From: Thermodesulfobacteriota bacterium
GTDB lineage: Bacteria > Desulfobacterota_D > UBA1144 > Nemesobacterales > Nemesobacteraceae
Length of the DNA stretch: 64,000 bases
Reading direction: 5' to 3'
Assembly: GCA_965202785.1 (NCBI GenBank)
Contig: OZ241855.1
Location: forward strand, 1,376,001-1,440,000
The position numbers were made by a program, and so were the translations under genes. Every line of letters starts with the position of its first letter. The stretch's first letter is position 1. Positions 11,871 through 21,599 of the stretch are shown one piece after another. Below the pieces are notes generated by a model. It saw nothing but the letters and a program-made list of their open reading frames with translations, had not been told where the DNA came from and did not search any database.

Positions 11871-13667
11871 TCAGTCTTCCGGCTTTTTGGCTATGGATCT
11901 TATTCCCGCTTCAAGAAGCTGTTCGGGAGAAACCTCAGAAGGCGCTTCCGTCAGGGGACAGGAACCTTTCTGCGTTTTTGGGAAAGCTATTACGTCTCTT
12001 ATCGACTCTCCGCCCGAGAGTAGCATCAAAAGCCTGTCAAGGCCGAGTGCTATGCCTCCATGGGGAGGAGCTCCGAATTCGAGGGCCTCAAGGAGAAAAC
12101 CGAATTTTTCCCGCGCTTCGTCCTCTCCGATTCCTATGACGTCAAACACTTTTTGCTGTATGTCTTTTCTGTGAATCCTTATGCTCCCCCCACCTATCTC
12201 TACCCCGTTTAAGACTATATCGTAAGATTTTGAAGCCGCGTCGCCTGGGGAATCCTCGATTTTCTCCACGTCCTCATCCTTTGGGGCTGTAAAAGGGTGG
12301 TGGACGGCGACGTACCTTTTGTCTCTGGGGCTGTACTTAAGAAGCGGGAAATCAACTACCCAGAGAAATTCAAGTTTTTCTTCGTTAACAAGTGAGAGAA
12401 TTTCACCGAGTCTTAGCCTTACGTTTGACATCACCTGGTTTACCGTCTCAACAGAGTCCGCGCCGAAAAACACTATGTCTCCAGCTTCCATCGAAAGAGT
12501 TTCGGCTAAAAGCCCGCATTCCCCCTCGCTTAGAAACTTAACTATGGGAGAGTTCCATCCGTCCTCGCCGACTCTTATCCAGGCAAGTCCCTTTGCTCCG
12601 AGAGAAACCGCGTATTCGGTAAGATCGTCTATTTCTTTCCTGGTAAGCTTCTCGGCCCCGCCCTTGAGATTAAGCGCCTTTATCGTCCCACCTTTCTCCA
12701 GGGCTCCGCGAAATACCTTGAATTCGGAATCTTTGAATATGGAAGAGATGTCTTTTAGTTCGAGACCGTACCTTGTATCGGGGCAGTCGGTTCCGTATCT
12801 CTCCATGGCTTCTTCATAGGGCATTCTCAAAAAAGGAATGCTGACGTCAATTCCTTTTGTCTCCTGAAGGACCGTTTTTATCATGCCTTCAACCGTTGAG
12901 ATCACGTCGTCTTCCGAGACAAATGACATCTCCATGTCTATCTGGGTGAACTCGGGCTGGCGGTCCGCTCTTAAGTCCTCGTCCCTGAAGCATTTCACTA
13001 TCTGGTAGTATCTGTCAAAACCCGAGATCATGAGGGTCTGTTTTAGTGTCTGGGGAGACTGGGGAAGCGCGTAGAACTGACCTTCGTTAAGCCGGCTCGG
13101 AACTAGAAAGTCCCTTGCGCCTTCAGGCGTCGATTTCGTGAAATAGGGGGTTTCGATCTCAAGAAACCCGTTTTCACTAAGGTAGCTTCGCACTGCGGCG
13201 GAGACTTTGTGACGAAAGATTATGTTGTCCCGCATTGGCGGTCTTCGCAGGTCAAGGTAGCGGTACTTAAGCCTGAGAAGCTCGTCGGCGTTCACTTCGT
13301 TTTCTATTAGAAACGGTATTACCTTTGATGTGTTAAGGATCCTTATCTGCTCTGCCACTACCTCGATCTCGCCGGTTTTGAGGTTCGGGTTTACCGTTTC
13401 CTCGGTCCGGGGAGTTACAGTTCCTTTTACGGCGATTACCCATTCATCTCGCAACTGTTCAGCGGTCTGGTGGATCTTCGGGTCGTGCTCAGGGTTAAAA
13501 ACGATCTGGCAGAGACCTTCCTTATCGCGCAGGTCAACGAAAATTACCCCGCCGTGGTCTCTTCGGGACTGTACCCAGCCCATCAGGGTAACGGAGCGGT
13601 CAACGTGTTTTTTCCCAAGCTCCCCGCAGAAATTCGATCTTTTCCACTCTCCCATAAGTTCGAGCAT
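11871..13667 (-). CDS. aspS: Aspartyl-tRNA synthetase (bacterial type with GAD domain)
   Basis: RRDHGG, LRLKYRYLDLR, FRDEDLRADRQPEFTQID, PPHGGIALGLDR. Confidence 0.97.
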   Translation of the reverse strand: MLELMGEWKRSNFCGELGKKHVDRSVTLMGWVQSRRDHGGVIFVDLRDKEGLCQIVFNPEHDPKIHQTAEQLRDEWVIAVKGTVTPRTEETVNPNLKTGEIEVVAEQIRILNTSKVIPFLIENEVNADELLRLKYRYLDLRRPPMRDNIIFRHKVSAAVRSYLSENGFLEIETPYFTKSTPEGARDFLVPSRLNEGQFYALPQSPQTLKQTLMISGFDRYYQIVKCFRDEDLRADRQPEFTQIDMEMSFVSEDDVISTVEGMIKTVLQETKGIDVSIPFLRMPYEEAMERYGTDCPDTRYGLELKDISSIFKDSEFKVFRGALEKGGTIKALNLKGGAEKLTRKEIDDLTEYAVSLGAKGLAWIRVGEDGWNSPIVKFLSEGECGLLAETLSMEAGDIVFFGADSVETVNQVMSNVRLRLGEILSLVNEEKLEFLWVVDFPLLKYSPRDKRYVAVHHPFTAPKDEDVEKIEDSPGDAASKSYDIVLNGVEIGGGSIRIHRKDIQQKVFDVIGIGEDEAREKFGFLLEALEFGAPPHGGIALGLDRLLMLLSGGESIRDVIAFPKTQKGSCPLTEAPSEVSPEQLLEAGIRSIAKKPED

Positions 13668-13921
13668 TTATTCAGGATTCTCCCGGCAAAGAAGGATTGG
13701 CTAATCATACTAGATTGATTTGCATTGGCAAGGTTTTCGCGCTACTTGAAAGGAGGAACAGGGCGTGATTCTTTGTTTCGTATTTCCAGCCAGCGAAGAT
13801 GCGGCGTCGGACCTTCTCTACGCATTTTTTCTATTTGTTTTTTCTTTCTTTTTTACATACGATTTTAGTTCGGAAGGTCGGAAGTTTTCTCCGGCAATAA
13901 AATCCCGAGGAGTTTTGATTA

Positions 13922-14695
13922 ATGAAAAAAGAGCTTGTCTGTAAAAGAAATCTGTTTTTCGCGGCCGCGGTCTGTCTTGTTTTTCTTGTAAACGGCTGCG
14001 CGGCCACCAGAACCCTTATCGAGAAAAGGAAACTCACCGTTGAGACCAAGATGTCGGAGACGATTTTTCTTGAACCGGTGTCGCCCGAAGAAAGAGTGGT
14101 TTACGTCGATATAAAAAATACGACCGACAAGGAACTGCCCGGAATTGAATATGGAATCAAAGGGAGAATAGCTTCTAACGGTTACAGGATCACGGAAGAC
14201 CCGGCCGAGGCGACTTTCATTCTCCAAGCTAACATTCTGAATGTCGGAAAGTCTGATCTTGAGGAGACGAATGCTATGCTTGGAGAGGGTTATCAGGGCG
14301 TGATCGAAGGCGCCGTTCTTGGAGGAGTAATAGGCGGGGCCATAGGCGGCGACGTTGATGAAATTAACAAGGGCACTGTTGCGGGAGCTATTGCGGGCGG
14401 AGTTGCGGGCTTTTTATTCGATGCGCTTGTAACTGATGATCTTTTCACCATGGTTACCGACATTCAGATTAGCGAGCGTGCTGGGGAAGGGGAGCTCGTT
14501 TATCGGACTGAAGATACGGATGCGTCACAGGGCACCGCGACGCGGACCAAGCAGACTTCGCATGTCGACGATATCAAGTGGAAAATTTACAGGACCAGAA
14601 TCATTAGCGTTGCCAACAAAGCTAATCTTGACTTTGAGGAAGCAAAACCCCATCTCCAGGCGGGTCTTGTGAGATCCATAGGCGGGATTTTCTGA
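13922..14695 (+). CDS. traT: TraT-family complement-resistance/surface-exclusion outer-membrane lipoprotein
   Basis: Lipobox LVNG-C26, TKMSETIFLEP, IKNTTDK, LQANIL, Gly-rich hydrophobic hairpin, TDIQISER, ANKANLDFEEAKP; co-linear with F-plasmid TraT as I recall it. Confidence 0.88.
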   Translation: MKKELVCKRNLFFAAAVCLVFLVNGCAATRTLIEKRKLTVETKMSETIFLEPVSPEERVVYVDIKNTTDKELPGIEYGIKGRIASNGYRITEDPAEATFILQANILNVGKSDLEETNAMLGEGYQGVIEGAVLGGVIGGAIGGDVDEINKGTVAGAIAGGVAGFLFDALVTDDLFTMVTDIQISERAGEGELVYRTEDTDASQGTATRTKQTSHVDDIKWKIYRTRIISVANKANLDFEEAKPHLQAGLVRSIGGIF

Positions 14696-14764
14696 GAGGC
14701 TCTACCTGTTTAATAGAAAGAAGTTAAAACCAGATAAGACTTGTGTGGAAACAATAAACGAAGC

Positions 14765-16216
14765 CTAGTTTCTTGTTTGTTTGAGGATTGCCAAAGCACG
14801 ATTTCGAGCCGTCATATGATCTACCATAGGAAACGGGTAGTCGTTTCCTATGGAGTCCCCCGAGTCTTTAAGTATATCTTTCGGTGCAATCCAAGGCTGG
14901 TGAATGTATTTGTTCGGTAAATTCTCAAGTTCAGGAACCCAGCGCCGCACATAAGTGCCGTCGGGGTCGAATTTCTGACCCTGAAGAATCGGATTAAAAA
15001 TTCGAAAAAACGGAGCTGCATCGACCCCGCAGCCCGCGACCCACTGCCAACTTACTGAATTGTTAGCAAGGTCCGCGTCGACCAAAGTATCCCAGAACCA
15101 TGCGGCGCCGTCCTGCCATGGGATAAGAAGATGTTTCACAAGAAAAGAAGCGGCGATCATTCGTACCCGGTTGTGCATCCAGCCCGTTGCCCAGAGTTCG
15201 CGCATCCCTGCGTCAACTATTGGGTAGCCTGTGAGCCCGAGTTGCCATTGGTGTAGTGCTTTTTCGTCCCTTATCCACGGAAAGCGTCTGAATTCCTGTC
15301 GGAACGGTTCTTCAGGGAAATTTGGCCAGTAGTAAAGCAGGTGGTGCGAGAATTCCCGCCATACAATCTGGCGAAAAAAGGGTTTCAGGTCATCTTGCAA
15401 TTCAGGTTCTACCTTTGCAAGCGAGTGATCCCAGCATATCCTTGGAGATACCTCGCCGAAATGAAGATGGGGAGAAAGCTTGGAAGTTCCTAAGATGTCG
15501 GGACGGTCGCGTTGCGTTCCGTATGCAGTTGCCGACTGTTCCAGAAATGAATCGAAGCGCGCGAGGGCTCCTGTTTCACCCGGTGTCCACATATCAAGCC
15601 ATCCGGCACTCCAGTCGGGTTTCTTCGACACCAGCTTCCACTGGTTAAGTGAATCACTCCTGATAGGTTCTTTCATGCATGGAAGCTTTTTTGGCGCAGG
15701 CAGGGGCGCAGGCGGTGGAAACTTTTTCAAGCAGGCTTTATAGAAGGGGGTAAACACCTTGTAGGGTTCGCCGTTTTTTGTCGTAATGGATTCGGGCGGA
15801 AAAATCAGATTCCCGTCAAGTGCCCTGAATCCGATTCCGAGTTCGTTAAGAATATGCTTCAGTTCTGAATCGACCTTGATCGCGCGCGGTTCTGTAAGCG
15901 AAGTGCAGTATACCGCCGTGGCACTGGTTTCGGTTACCAATTCCCGCAGAACCTCCTGCGGTCGACCGCGGCGCAGGATTAGCCTGTTTCCAAGAGTCTT
16001 TAACGATTGGTCGAGTGCTTTGAGGCTGTGGTGAAGCCACCATTTGCTGGCGCCGCCGGGCGCCCAAGGGTCAGAATCGCCATCTTCAAGTATGTAAACG
16101 GCCAGCACAGGATGACCGGATTCAGCCGCACTTGAGAGTGCCGGATTGTCCGTGAGTCTCAAGTCTTTTCTGAACCAGTGAATAACCGGACGTATAGATT
16201 CCCTGTAGCGAGTCAT
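14765..16216 (-). CDS. phrB: Deoxyribodipyrimidine (CPD) photolyase, cryptochrome/photolyase family
   Basis: WFRKDLRLTDN, TSKLSPHLHFGEVS, TGYPIVDAGMRELWATGWMHNRVRM, FRIFNP. Confidence 0.93.
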   Translation of the reverse strand: MTRYRESIRPVIHWFRKDLRLTDNPALSSAAESGHPVLAVYILEDGDSDPWAPGGASKWWLHHSLKALDQSLKTLGNRLILRRGRPQEVLRELVTETSATAVYCTSLTEPRAIKVDSELKHILNELGIGFRALDGNLIFPPESITTKNGEPYKVFTPFYKACLKKFPPPAPLPAPKKLPCMKEPIRSDSLNQWKLVSKKPDWSAGWLDMWTPGETGALARFDSFLEQSATAYGTQRDRPDILGTSKLSPHLHFGEVSPRICWDHSLAKVEPELQDDLKPFFRQIVWREFSHHLLYYWPNFPEEPFRQEFRRFPWIRDEKALHQWQLGLTGYPIVDAGMRELWATGWMHNRVRMIAASFLVKHLLIPWQDGAAWFWDTLVDADLANNSVSWQWVAGCGVDAAPFFRIFNPILQGQKFDPDGTYVRRWVPELENLPNKYIHQPWIAPKDILKDSGDSIGNDYPFPMVDHMTARNRALAILKQTRN

Positions 16217-16333
16217 GTTATTACCTGCCCGGACCCGTTGCTGTTTTTACCGGCGCATGGGCTTTTGTGTTAAAGTTTGCGGTAAATTATACTGGGAAGA
16301 GCGGAATAGTTTGCTTAACAGAGGTAGTTTTAC

Positions 16334-17239
16334 ATGCCGGATGAGCATTTAAGAGAGAACTTCAGATCGGGATTTATCTCCGTGGTTGGACGGCCCAACG
16401 TGGGCAAGTCCACTCTTGTAAACTCGATTGTCGGAGAAAAAGTTTCGGCCGTTTCGGATAAGCCGAGTACTACCAGGAACAGAATTCTGGGAGTAAGGAC
16501 TTTTGATGATTCGCAGCTGGTTTTTCTTGATACCCCGGGTGTTTACAGGGAGAAAAGCAGGCTTGGAAAATCCATGGCCCGAGCGGTAAGCGGGGCTCTT
16601 TCGGACGCTGATCTGGTGGCGTTTGTTACGGATGTCGAAAAGCCTTTCGGAGCGGCTGATGAATCCATACTGAAAATGCTCAGGAAACCTTCCTTGTTTG
16701 TCGTAAACAAGATCGACAAGATAAAAAAATCAAAGCTCCTGTCGATACTTTCAGCTGCCGAGAGATTCTCTGAGAAGTTCCTCGAAATAGTTCCCATCTC
16801 GGCTCTTACGGGCGACGGGGTGGAGCGGCTCACGCAGCTTCTCAAAAAACACCTGCCCGAAGGGCCGAAATATTTCCCCGACGATATTTTCACGGATCAA
16901 CCTGAGATTTTCTACGTAAGCGAACTCATAAGGGAGAAGGTTTTCAATCTCACGCGAAAGGAAATTCCCTATAAAGTGGCGGTGGTGGTCTCGGGATTCA
17001 GCGAGGACACGGAGCGGAACCTGATCAGAATAAGTGCGGAGATCTATGTCGAGAGAAAAAGTCATAAGGGGATTCTCATAGGAAAGGGCGGGGGAATGCT
17101 AAAACGAATCGGTTCTGAGGCCAGGGTTGATATTGAAAGGGTACTGGGAGTTAAGCTGTTTCTGGAGCTTTGGGTTAAAGTCAAAGAGAACTGGACCCAG
17201 AGCGATTTCCTGATAAAGGAATTCGGTTACGGAAACTGA
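16334..17239 (+). CDS. era: GTPase Era
   Basis: GRPNVGKST, DTPG, NKID, KH domain with GILIGKGG. Confidence 0.96.
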   Translation: MPDEHLRENFRSGFISVVGRPNVGKSTLVNSIVGEKVSAVSDKPSTTRNRILGVRTFDDSQLVFLDTPGVYREKSRLGKSMARAVSGALSDADLVAFVTDVEKPFGAADESILKMLRKPSLFVVNKIDKIKKSKLLSILSAAERFSEKFLEIVPISALTGDGVERLTQLLKKHLPEGPKYFPDDIFTDQPEIFYVSELIREKVFNLTRKEIPYKVAVVVSGFSEDTERNLIRISAEIYVERKSHKGILIGKGGGMLKRIGSEARVDIERVLGVKLFLELWVKVKENWTQSDFLIKEFGYGN

Positions 17240-17252
17240 ACCCCAGGAGTTT

Positions 17253-18038
17253 TTATTCTCCCTTGAAAACCGGTTTTCTCTTTTCAAGAAAAGCTTTTTT
17301 CCCTTCCTTGGAGTCGCTGCTTTCCCTCACCTTGGCAAAAAGGGATCTTATGAGTTCTTCATTTTCTTCCGATAGCGCCCCCCCTTGTTCCCAGATGTTT
17401 ATCATCTTTTTCATCGATATCATGGAAAGCGGGGCGTTTTCGCTTATTCCCTCGGCAAGCCCATAAGTGAACTCTTCAAGCTTGTCTCTTTTTACGACGT
17501 GGTCGACAAGTCCTTTCTCCAGAGCTCTTTCGGCATTAACTGGGTTTCCGGTGAGAAAGAGTTCCCTTGTAAAACCGGGACCCACCAGGTTCAGGAATTG
17601 TTTTATCCCGCTGTAATGATAAGTGACTCCCAGTTTTACGGGCGGGATTGCGAGTTTCGCGTCGTCGACGCATATTCTTAGGTCGCAGGTCACTGCGAGT
17701 TCGAGTCCCGCCCCGAAAGCATGACCGTTTATCATTGCTATTACGGGAAGAGGGTAGGACTTGACCGCCCGCATGGCTTCGGTCAGAGGATGGCCGTTTT
17801 CTATCGCGATTTCTTCCTCGGATATTGCGGCTATATCATATCCTGAGCAGAAAGCTCTATCCCCGCTTCCTTTTATAACAACACATCTGATTTCAGTGGT
17901 TTTTTCTAGCCTTAGAAATTCCTCGGTTAAAAGTCCTAGAATTTCTGGGGTAAGGGAGTTTCTTTTCTCAGGGCGGTTGATAGTGAGGGTGCAGATTGAA
18001 CCCTCGGTCTTTACGAGAATTTCTTTGTTTTCAGCCAT
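17253..18038 (-). CDS. Enoyl-CoA hydratase/isomerase (crotonase) family protein
   Basis: INRPEKRNSL, FCSGYDI, GHAFGAGLELAVTCD, FLEKRKP; start moved to ATG 18038. Confidence 0.9.
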   Translation of the reverse strand: MAENKEILVKTEGSICTLTINRPEKRNSLTPEILGLLTEEFLRLEKTTEIRCVVIKGSGDRAFCSGYDIAAISEEEIAIENGHPLTEAMRAVKSYPLPVIAMINGHAFGAGLELAVTCDLRICVDDAKLAIPPVKLGVTYHYSGIKQFLNLVGPGFTRELFLTGNPVNAERALEKGLVDHVVKRDKLEEFTYGLAEGISENAPLSMISMKKMINIWEQGGALSEENEELIRSLFAKVRESSDSKEGKKAFLEKRKPVFKGE

Positions 18039-18177
18039 GGAGAGATTATATATTACCGAGGCTTGGTGTCTAAACAGCACCTAATCGCGGGGTAAGAGTC
18101 CAGAGAACCTGTTTTAAGTTATCGGGTGTAATTACAGAACAGCTGTCCGGTTATAATTTGCCAAAGAGGGAGGGTGT

Positions 18178-18711
18178 ATGAAAGAAAAAACCCCATCAAA
18201 TAAACGGACCTACAGGGTACTGTTTCTCTGCACGGGCAATTCTGCCCGTTCGATTATTGCCGAATCTCTTTTGAATCACAATAGCGGCGGAAAATTTGTC
18301 GGCCACAGTGCGGGCAGTCATCCTCGGGGAGAAGTTCACCCTCATGCCCTTGATCTGTTGCTCGGCAAGGGACACGACATTGAGAATCTGCGTTCCAAAT
18401 CTTGGGATGAGTTTGAGGTGGAGGATGTTCTCTCGATGGATTTTGTCTTTACGGTGTGTGACAACGCGGCGAATGAACCTTGTCCCGTGTGGCCGGGCAG
18501 ACCTGTGACGGCTCACTGGGGTCTTGCGGACCCCGCAGTCATTGAGGGAACTGAAAATGAGCAACGAAAAGCTTTCGAAAGAACCTACGACTTGCTCAAA
18601 GAGCGTATCGCTGCATTTCAGGCCCTTCCGCTTGACTCGCTTGACAGCGTGGAACTTCGTGAGAGACTTGAAAAGATAGGGCGCCGTGCATCTGGAACGG
18701 ACGGAGAATAG
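18178..18711 (+). CDS. arsC: Thioredoxin-coupled arsenate reductase (LMW-PTP fold)
   Basis: FLCTGNSARS P-loop, VCDNAANEPCP Cys pair, HWGLADP. Confidence 0.88.
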   Translation: MKEKTPSNKRTYRVLFLCTGNSARSIIAESLLNHNSGGKFVGHSAGSHPRGEVHPHALDLLLGKGHDIENLRSKSWDEFEVEDVLSMDFVFTVCDNAANEPCPVWPGRPVTAHWGLADPAVIEGTENEQRKAFERTYDLLKERIAAFQALPLDSLDSVELRERLEKIGRRASGTDGE

Positions 18712-18786
18712 AGGCTTGTGCTTGAAGCGTTCCTGTCCGGCCACGGCATGAGGCCTGAATCGTTCTGACTCTCAGGCGGGAGCACT

Positions 18787-19260
18787 ATGACGAAACGAAA
18801 AACCCTGTATCTGGCTAATCCCTACGGCTTCTCCGCCCAGCAGCGCGAAGGGCCTCTGGCGGTTCTTGTTGAGGTTCTGGAATCGATGGGAGCCGAGGTA
18901 TGGGAGCCGTTTTCCCGGAATAATCAGGTTGATAGGGCGGTTGCCGGTTGGGCCTATCGGGTTGGACAGTCCGACCTTAGAGACGTGCGTGAGGCCGATG
19001 GATTGTTCGCGGTTGTCAATGGATGTCCGCCGGACGAAGGAGTTATGGTGGAACTGGGAATGGCTATTGCTTGGGGCAAACCCGTGTTTCTGTTCCGGGA
19101 CGACTTCCGCAGATGTACCGACAGCGAGGTCTATCCGCTCAACCTGATGCTGTTTGCCGGCATGCCTGAAAAGGGCTGGGAAGCTTACTTATATGGCTCT
19201 GTAGAAGAGATAACCGATCCGGACAAAGCGCTGGCGAGATGGCTTAAAGATGCGGACTGA
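18787..19260 (+). CDS. Nucleoside 2-deoxyribosyltransferase/nucleotide N-hydrolase family protein
   Basis: N-terminal YLANP and DEGVMVELGMAIAWGKPV (DxGxxxExGxA motif). Confidence 0.8.
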   Translation: MTKRKTLYLANPYGFSAQQREGPLAVLVEVLESMGAEVWEPFSRNNQVDRAVAGWAYRVGQSDLRDVREADGLFAVVNGCPPDEGVMVELGMAIAWGKPVFLFRDDFRRCTDSEVYPLNLMLFAGMPEKGWEAYLYGSVEEITDPDKALARWLKDAD

Positions 19261-19286
19261 CTTTTAGGGCCAAGTCACCAGAAAAT

Positions 19287-20321
19287 TTACCGGTCTGCTA
19301 TTCTTAGAACCCTGGCCCCCTTTCCTCCTCCACTTTTCATTTCCAAAAGCGCCGCGTTTGCCTCTTCAAGTCCGTACTCGGTGACTTCAGCTTCTATTCC
19401 CAGAGTGGATGCGACCGAAAGAAAGCCGGCGACATCTTCCCTTGTGACGTTCGCTACGCTTTTTATCTCTTTCTCAAGCCAAAGATGCGACTGGTAATCG
19501 AGACTCAACAAGCAATTGATGTCGGAGTTCTCCTTGCTTATGGCGTTTACAACTAGTTTTCCCCCGGCGACAAGATTCTCAAGAGAACGCAAAACGGGCT
19601 TCCATGCCGGAGTGGTATCAATGATAGCTGAAAGCTGCTTGGGAGAGTTCTCTTCAATTCCACCTGACCACGATGCTCCAAGCTCCATGGCGAACAGCCT
19701 TTCCCTTTCTCCTCTTGCGAATACGAACACCTCGCATAGGGGATACGAGTGACGAAGCAGTTGTATGACCAGATGCGCTGAAGCCCCGAATCCCATGAGC
19801 CCTACGGCGTCGCCGTCCTTTATTCCGGAAAGTCTGACGCAACGGTAACCTATCGCTCCGGCGCACAAAAGAGGAGCTGTTTTCACTGGGTCCATTTCCT
19901 TCGGTATACGGTGAGCAAAGTCTGCGTCCGCGACCATGAATTCGGCGAAACCTCCGTTTGTATCCCTGCCGGTGGCAATGAAGTCATGGCAGAGGTTTTC
20001 CCGTCCGCTACTACAATAGGAGCATTTTCCGCAGGCTCCTCCTATCCACGCAATTCCGACCATGTCGCCCACGTCGAAATTTCTTACTCCCGGGCCGTGT
20101 TCTTTGACCACCCCCACGGCTTGATGTCCCGGAACAATCGGAAGAGACGGGGGGATAACTCTTCCTTCTACCTCATCCATGTCGGTGTGACAGACCCCGC
20201 AGGCCAAAACGCGTATCAGCACTTCTCCTTCAGAGGGTTTTGGCGTGGGAATTTCGAGCAGTTCAAGGGGAGTATCGTTCTTAAAAAGGTCGTACTTGCC
20301 TTTTAGAACCATTGCCTTCAT
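19287..20321 (-). CDS. Zinc-dependent alcohol dehydrogenase family protein
   Basis: CGVCHTD, GHQAVG, CGKCSYCSSGRENLC, LLCAG, GFGASA; start is ATG 20321 or GTG 20324. Confidence 0.9.
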   Translation of the reverse strand: MKAMVLKGKYDLFKNDTPLELLEIPTPKPSEGEVLIRVLACGVCHTDMDEVEGRVIPPSLPIVPGHQAVGVVKEHGPGVRNFDVGDMVGIAWIGGACGKCSYCSSGRENLCHDFIATGRDTNGGFAEFMVADADFAHRIPKEMDPVKTAPLLCAGAIGYRCVRLSGIKDGDAVGLMGFGASAHLVIQLLRHSYPLCEVFVFARGERERLFAMELGASWSGGIEENSPKQLSAIIDTTPAWKPVLRSLENLVAGGKLVVNAISKENSDINCLLSLDYQSHLWLEKEIKSVANVTREDVAGFLSVASTLGIEAEVTEYGLEEANAALLEMKSGGGKGARVLRIADR

Positions 20322-20369
20322 CACGCTACCAAGTATAACACGCATATATGGCAGATGGGGGCTCGTTTC

Positions 20370-20957
20370 TCACTGCTCGTCTCCTCCGAGTGTGGTATCT
20401 GCATACGCCCTCAGAACGATTTCCGCTGCGACTCTTGCGTCTTCTCCGGCGTCGTGGTGGCGAAAATGAATCCCGAGATCCCGGGCGATATTCCCGAGAC
20501 TGTAACCCCTCAGAGCGTATTTATCCGGCCAGGCGCGTCGCGCTACCTGCGCACTGTCAATCCAGGTTCCGTAACGAAGAGATTTCCCACACTTTTCAAA
20601 TGCTTTTGAGATTGCCCTGCGGTCAAAGAATGTATGGCTTACGACGATTTCTCCCAGGTGTCGCGAGATCTTGTCGCACAATTCTTCAAACCTGGGATAG
20701 CCACTTACCATCTTGTGGTCTATGCCGTGTATGGCGATATTATACGGATCAAAAAAGTCATGCGGATCAACAAGCTGCGTCCATACGTCTTTGATCTCTG
20801 CTGACCTGACCACGGCGATTCCCACTTGGCAGATACTTGAAACGTCTGAATTCGCGGTCTCGACGTCGACGGCGACGAAATCCAGATTTTTACTCACGGG
20901 GAGATAGTTTCTTGCGTTTTGCCCGAGGGGCGTTTTCGGCTTTCCGGCTTTTTTCAT
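20370..20957 (-). CDS. DEDDh 3'-5' exonuclease (DnaQ/epsilon-like)
   Basis: ExoI VDVETAN, ExoII FFD, ExoIII HHDAGEDA. Confidence 0.88.
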   Translation of the reverse strand: MKKAGKPKTPLGQNARNYLPVSKNLDFVAVDVETANSDVSSICQVGIAVVRSAEIKDVWTQLVDPHDFFDPYNIAIHGIDHKMVSGYPRFEELCDKISRHLGEIVVSHTFFDRRAISKAFEKCGKSLRYGTWIDSAQVARRAWPDKYALRGYSLGNIARDLGIHFRHHDAGEDARVAAEIVLRAYADTTLGGDEQ

Positions 20958-21086
20958 TTTCCTACATTATGAACCATAGTCGGCTTTCTTTCAGCAGTAT
21001 TTCGCCCGCTTCGTCGTTTTCGGGCTTTAAACTCAGATTATATTGTTTATAATCTTCCGAACTAAAAGTTTTTCCGGAGGCGCAAG

Positions 21087-21590
21087 GTGCCGTTATACGA
21101 ATATGAGTGCGACAGTTGCATGGAGAGTTACAATACGGACATAGACAGTCTGGTCGCCAAGCTTACCAAGACAAACGCAAGGAAAATTTTCAAGCGGAAC
21201 CGTAACTTCTGTTATATTGAAGTCACAAGCGACAAGAGCGGAAAGGTGTTTTTCGAACTGGGGGAAAGGGACGTACGCGGCGCGAGAAGGTTTCGTTACA
21301 AGCTGGATAACGGAAAGGTCCTTTACCTTGAGCTCATGAACTTCCGTTTCGACCACCTTGTGTACGGAGATGACAAGCAGGATGAAGTCAAATGCCCTCT
21401 CTGCGACGATTCCGAGACGGTGAGAAGGGTTTTTTCCACTTTCAAGGCCATATTCGACGACAAGAATAAACGAGCTCCGGGTCCCGGGGATGAACTCAGG
21501 TGGCATCTTGAATACAAGCAGCAAAAAGATGAAGAGATAGCGAGCGACTGGGTAGGGCAGGATCACCTGAACCAGTACTTCAACAGATAG
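21087..21590 (+). CDS. FmdB-like zinc-ribbon protein with a large inserted domain (paralogue A)
   Basis: GGAGG SD and GTG start; MPLYEYECDSC (C8/C11), then KCPLC (C103/C106) and VRRVFSTF. Confidence 0.8.
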   Translation: MPLYEYECDSCMESYNTDIDSLVAKLTKTNARKIFKRNRNFCYIEVTSDKSGKVFFELGERDVRGARRFRYKLDNGKVLYLELMNFRFDHLVYGDDKQDEVKCPLCDDSETVRRVFSTFKAIFDDKNKRAPGPGDELRWHLEYKQQKDEEIASDWVGQDHLNQYFNR

Positions 21591-21599
21591 GAGACGCAA

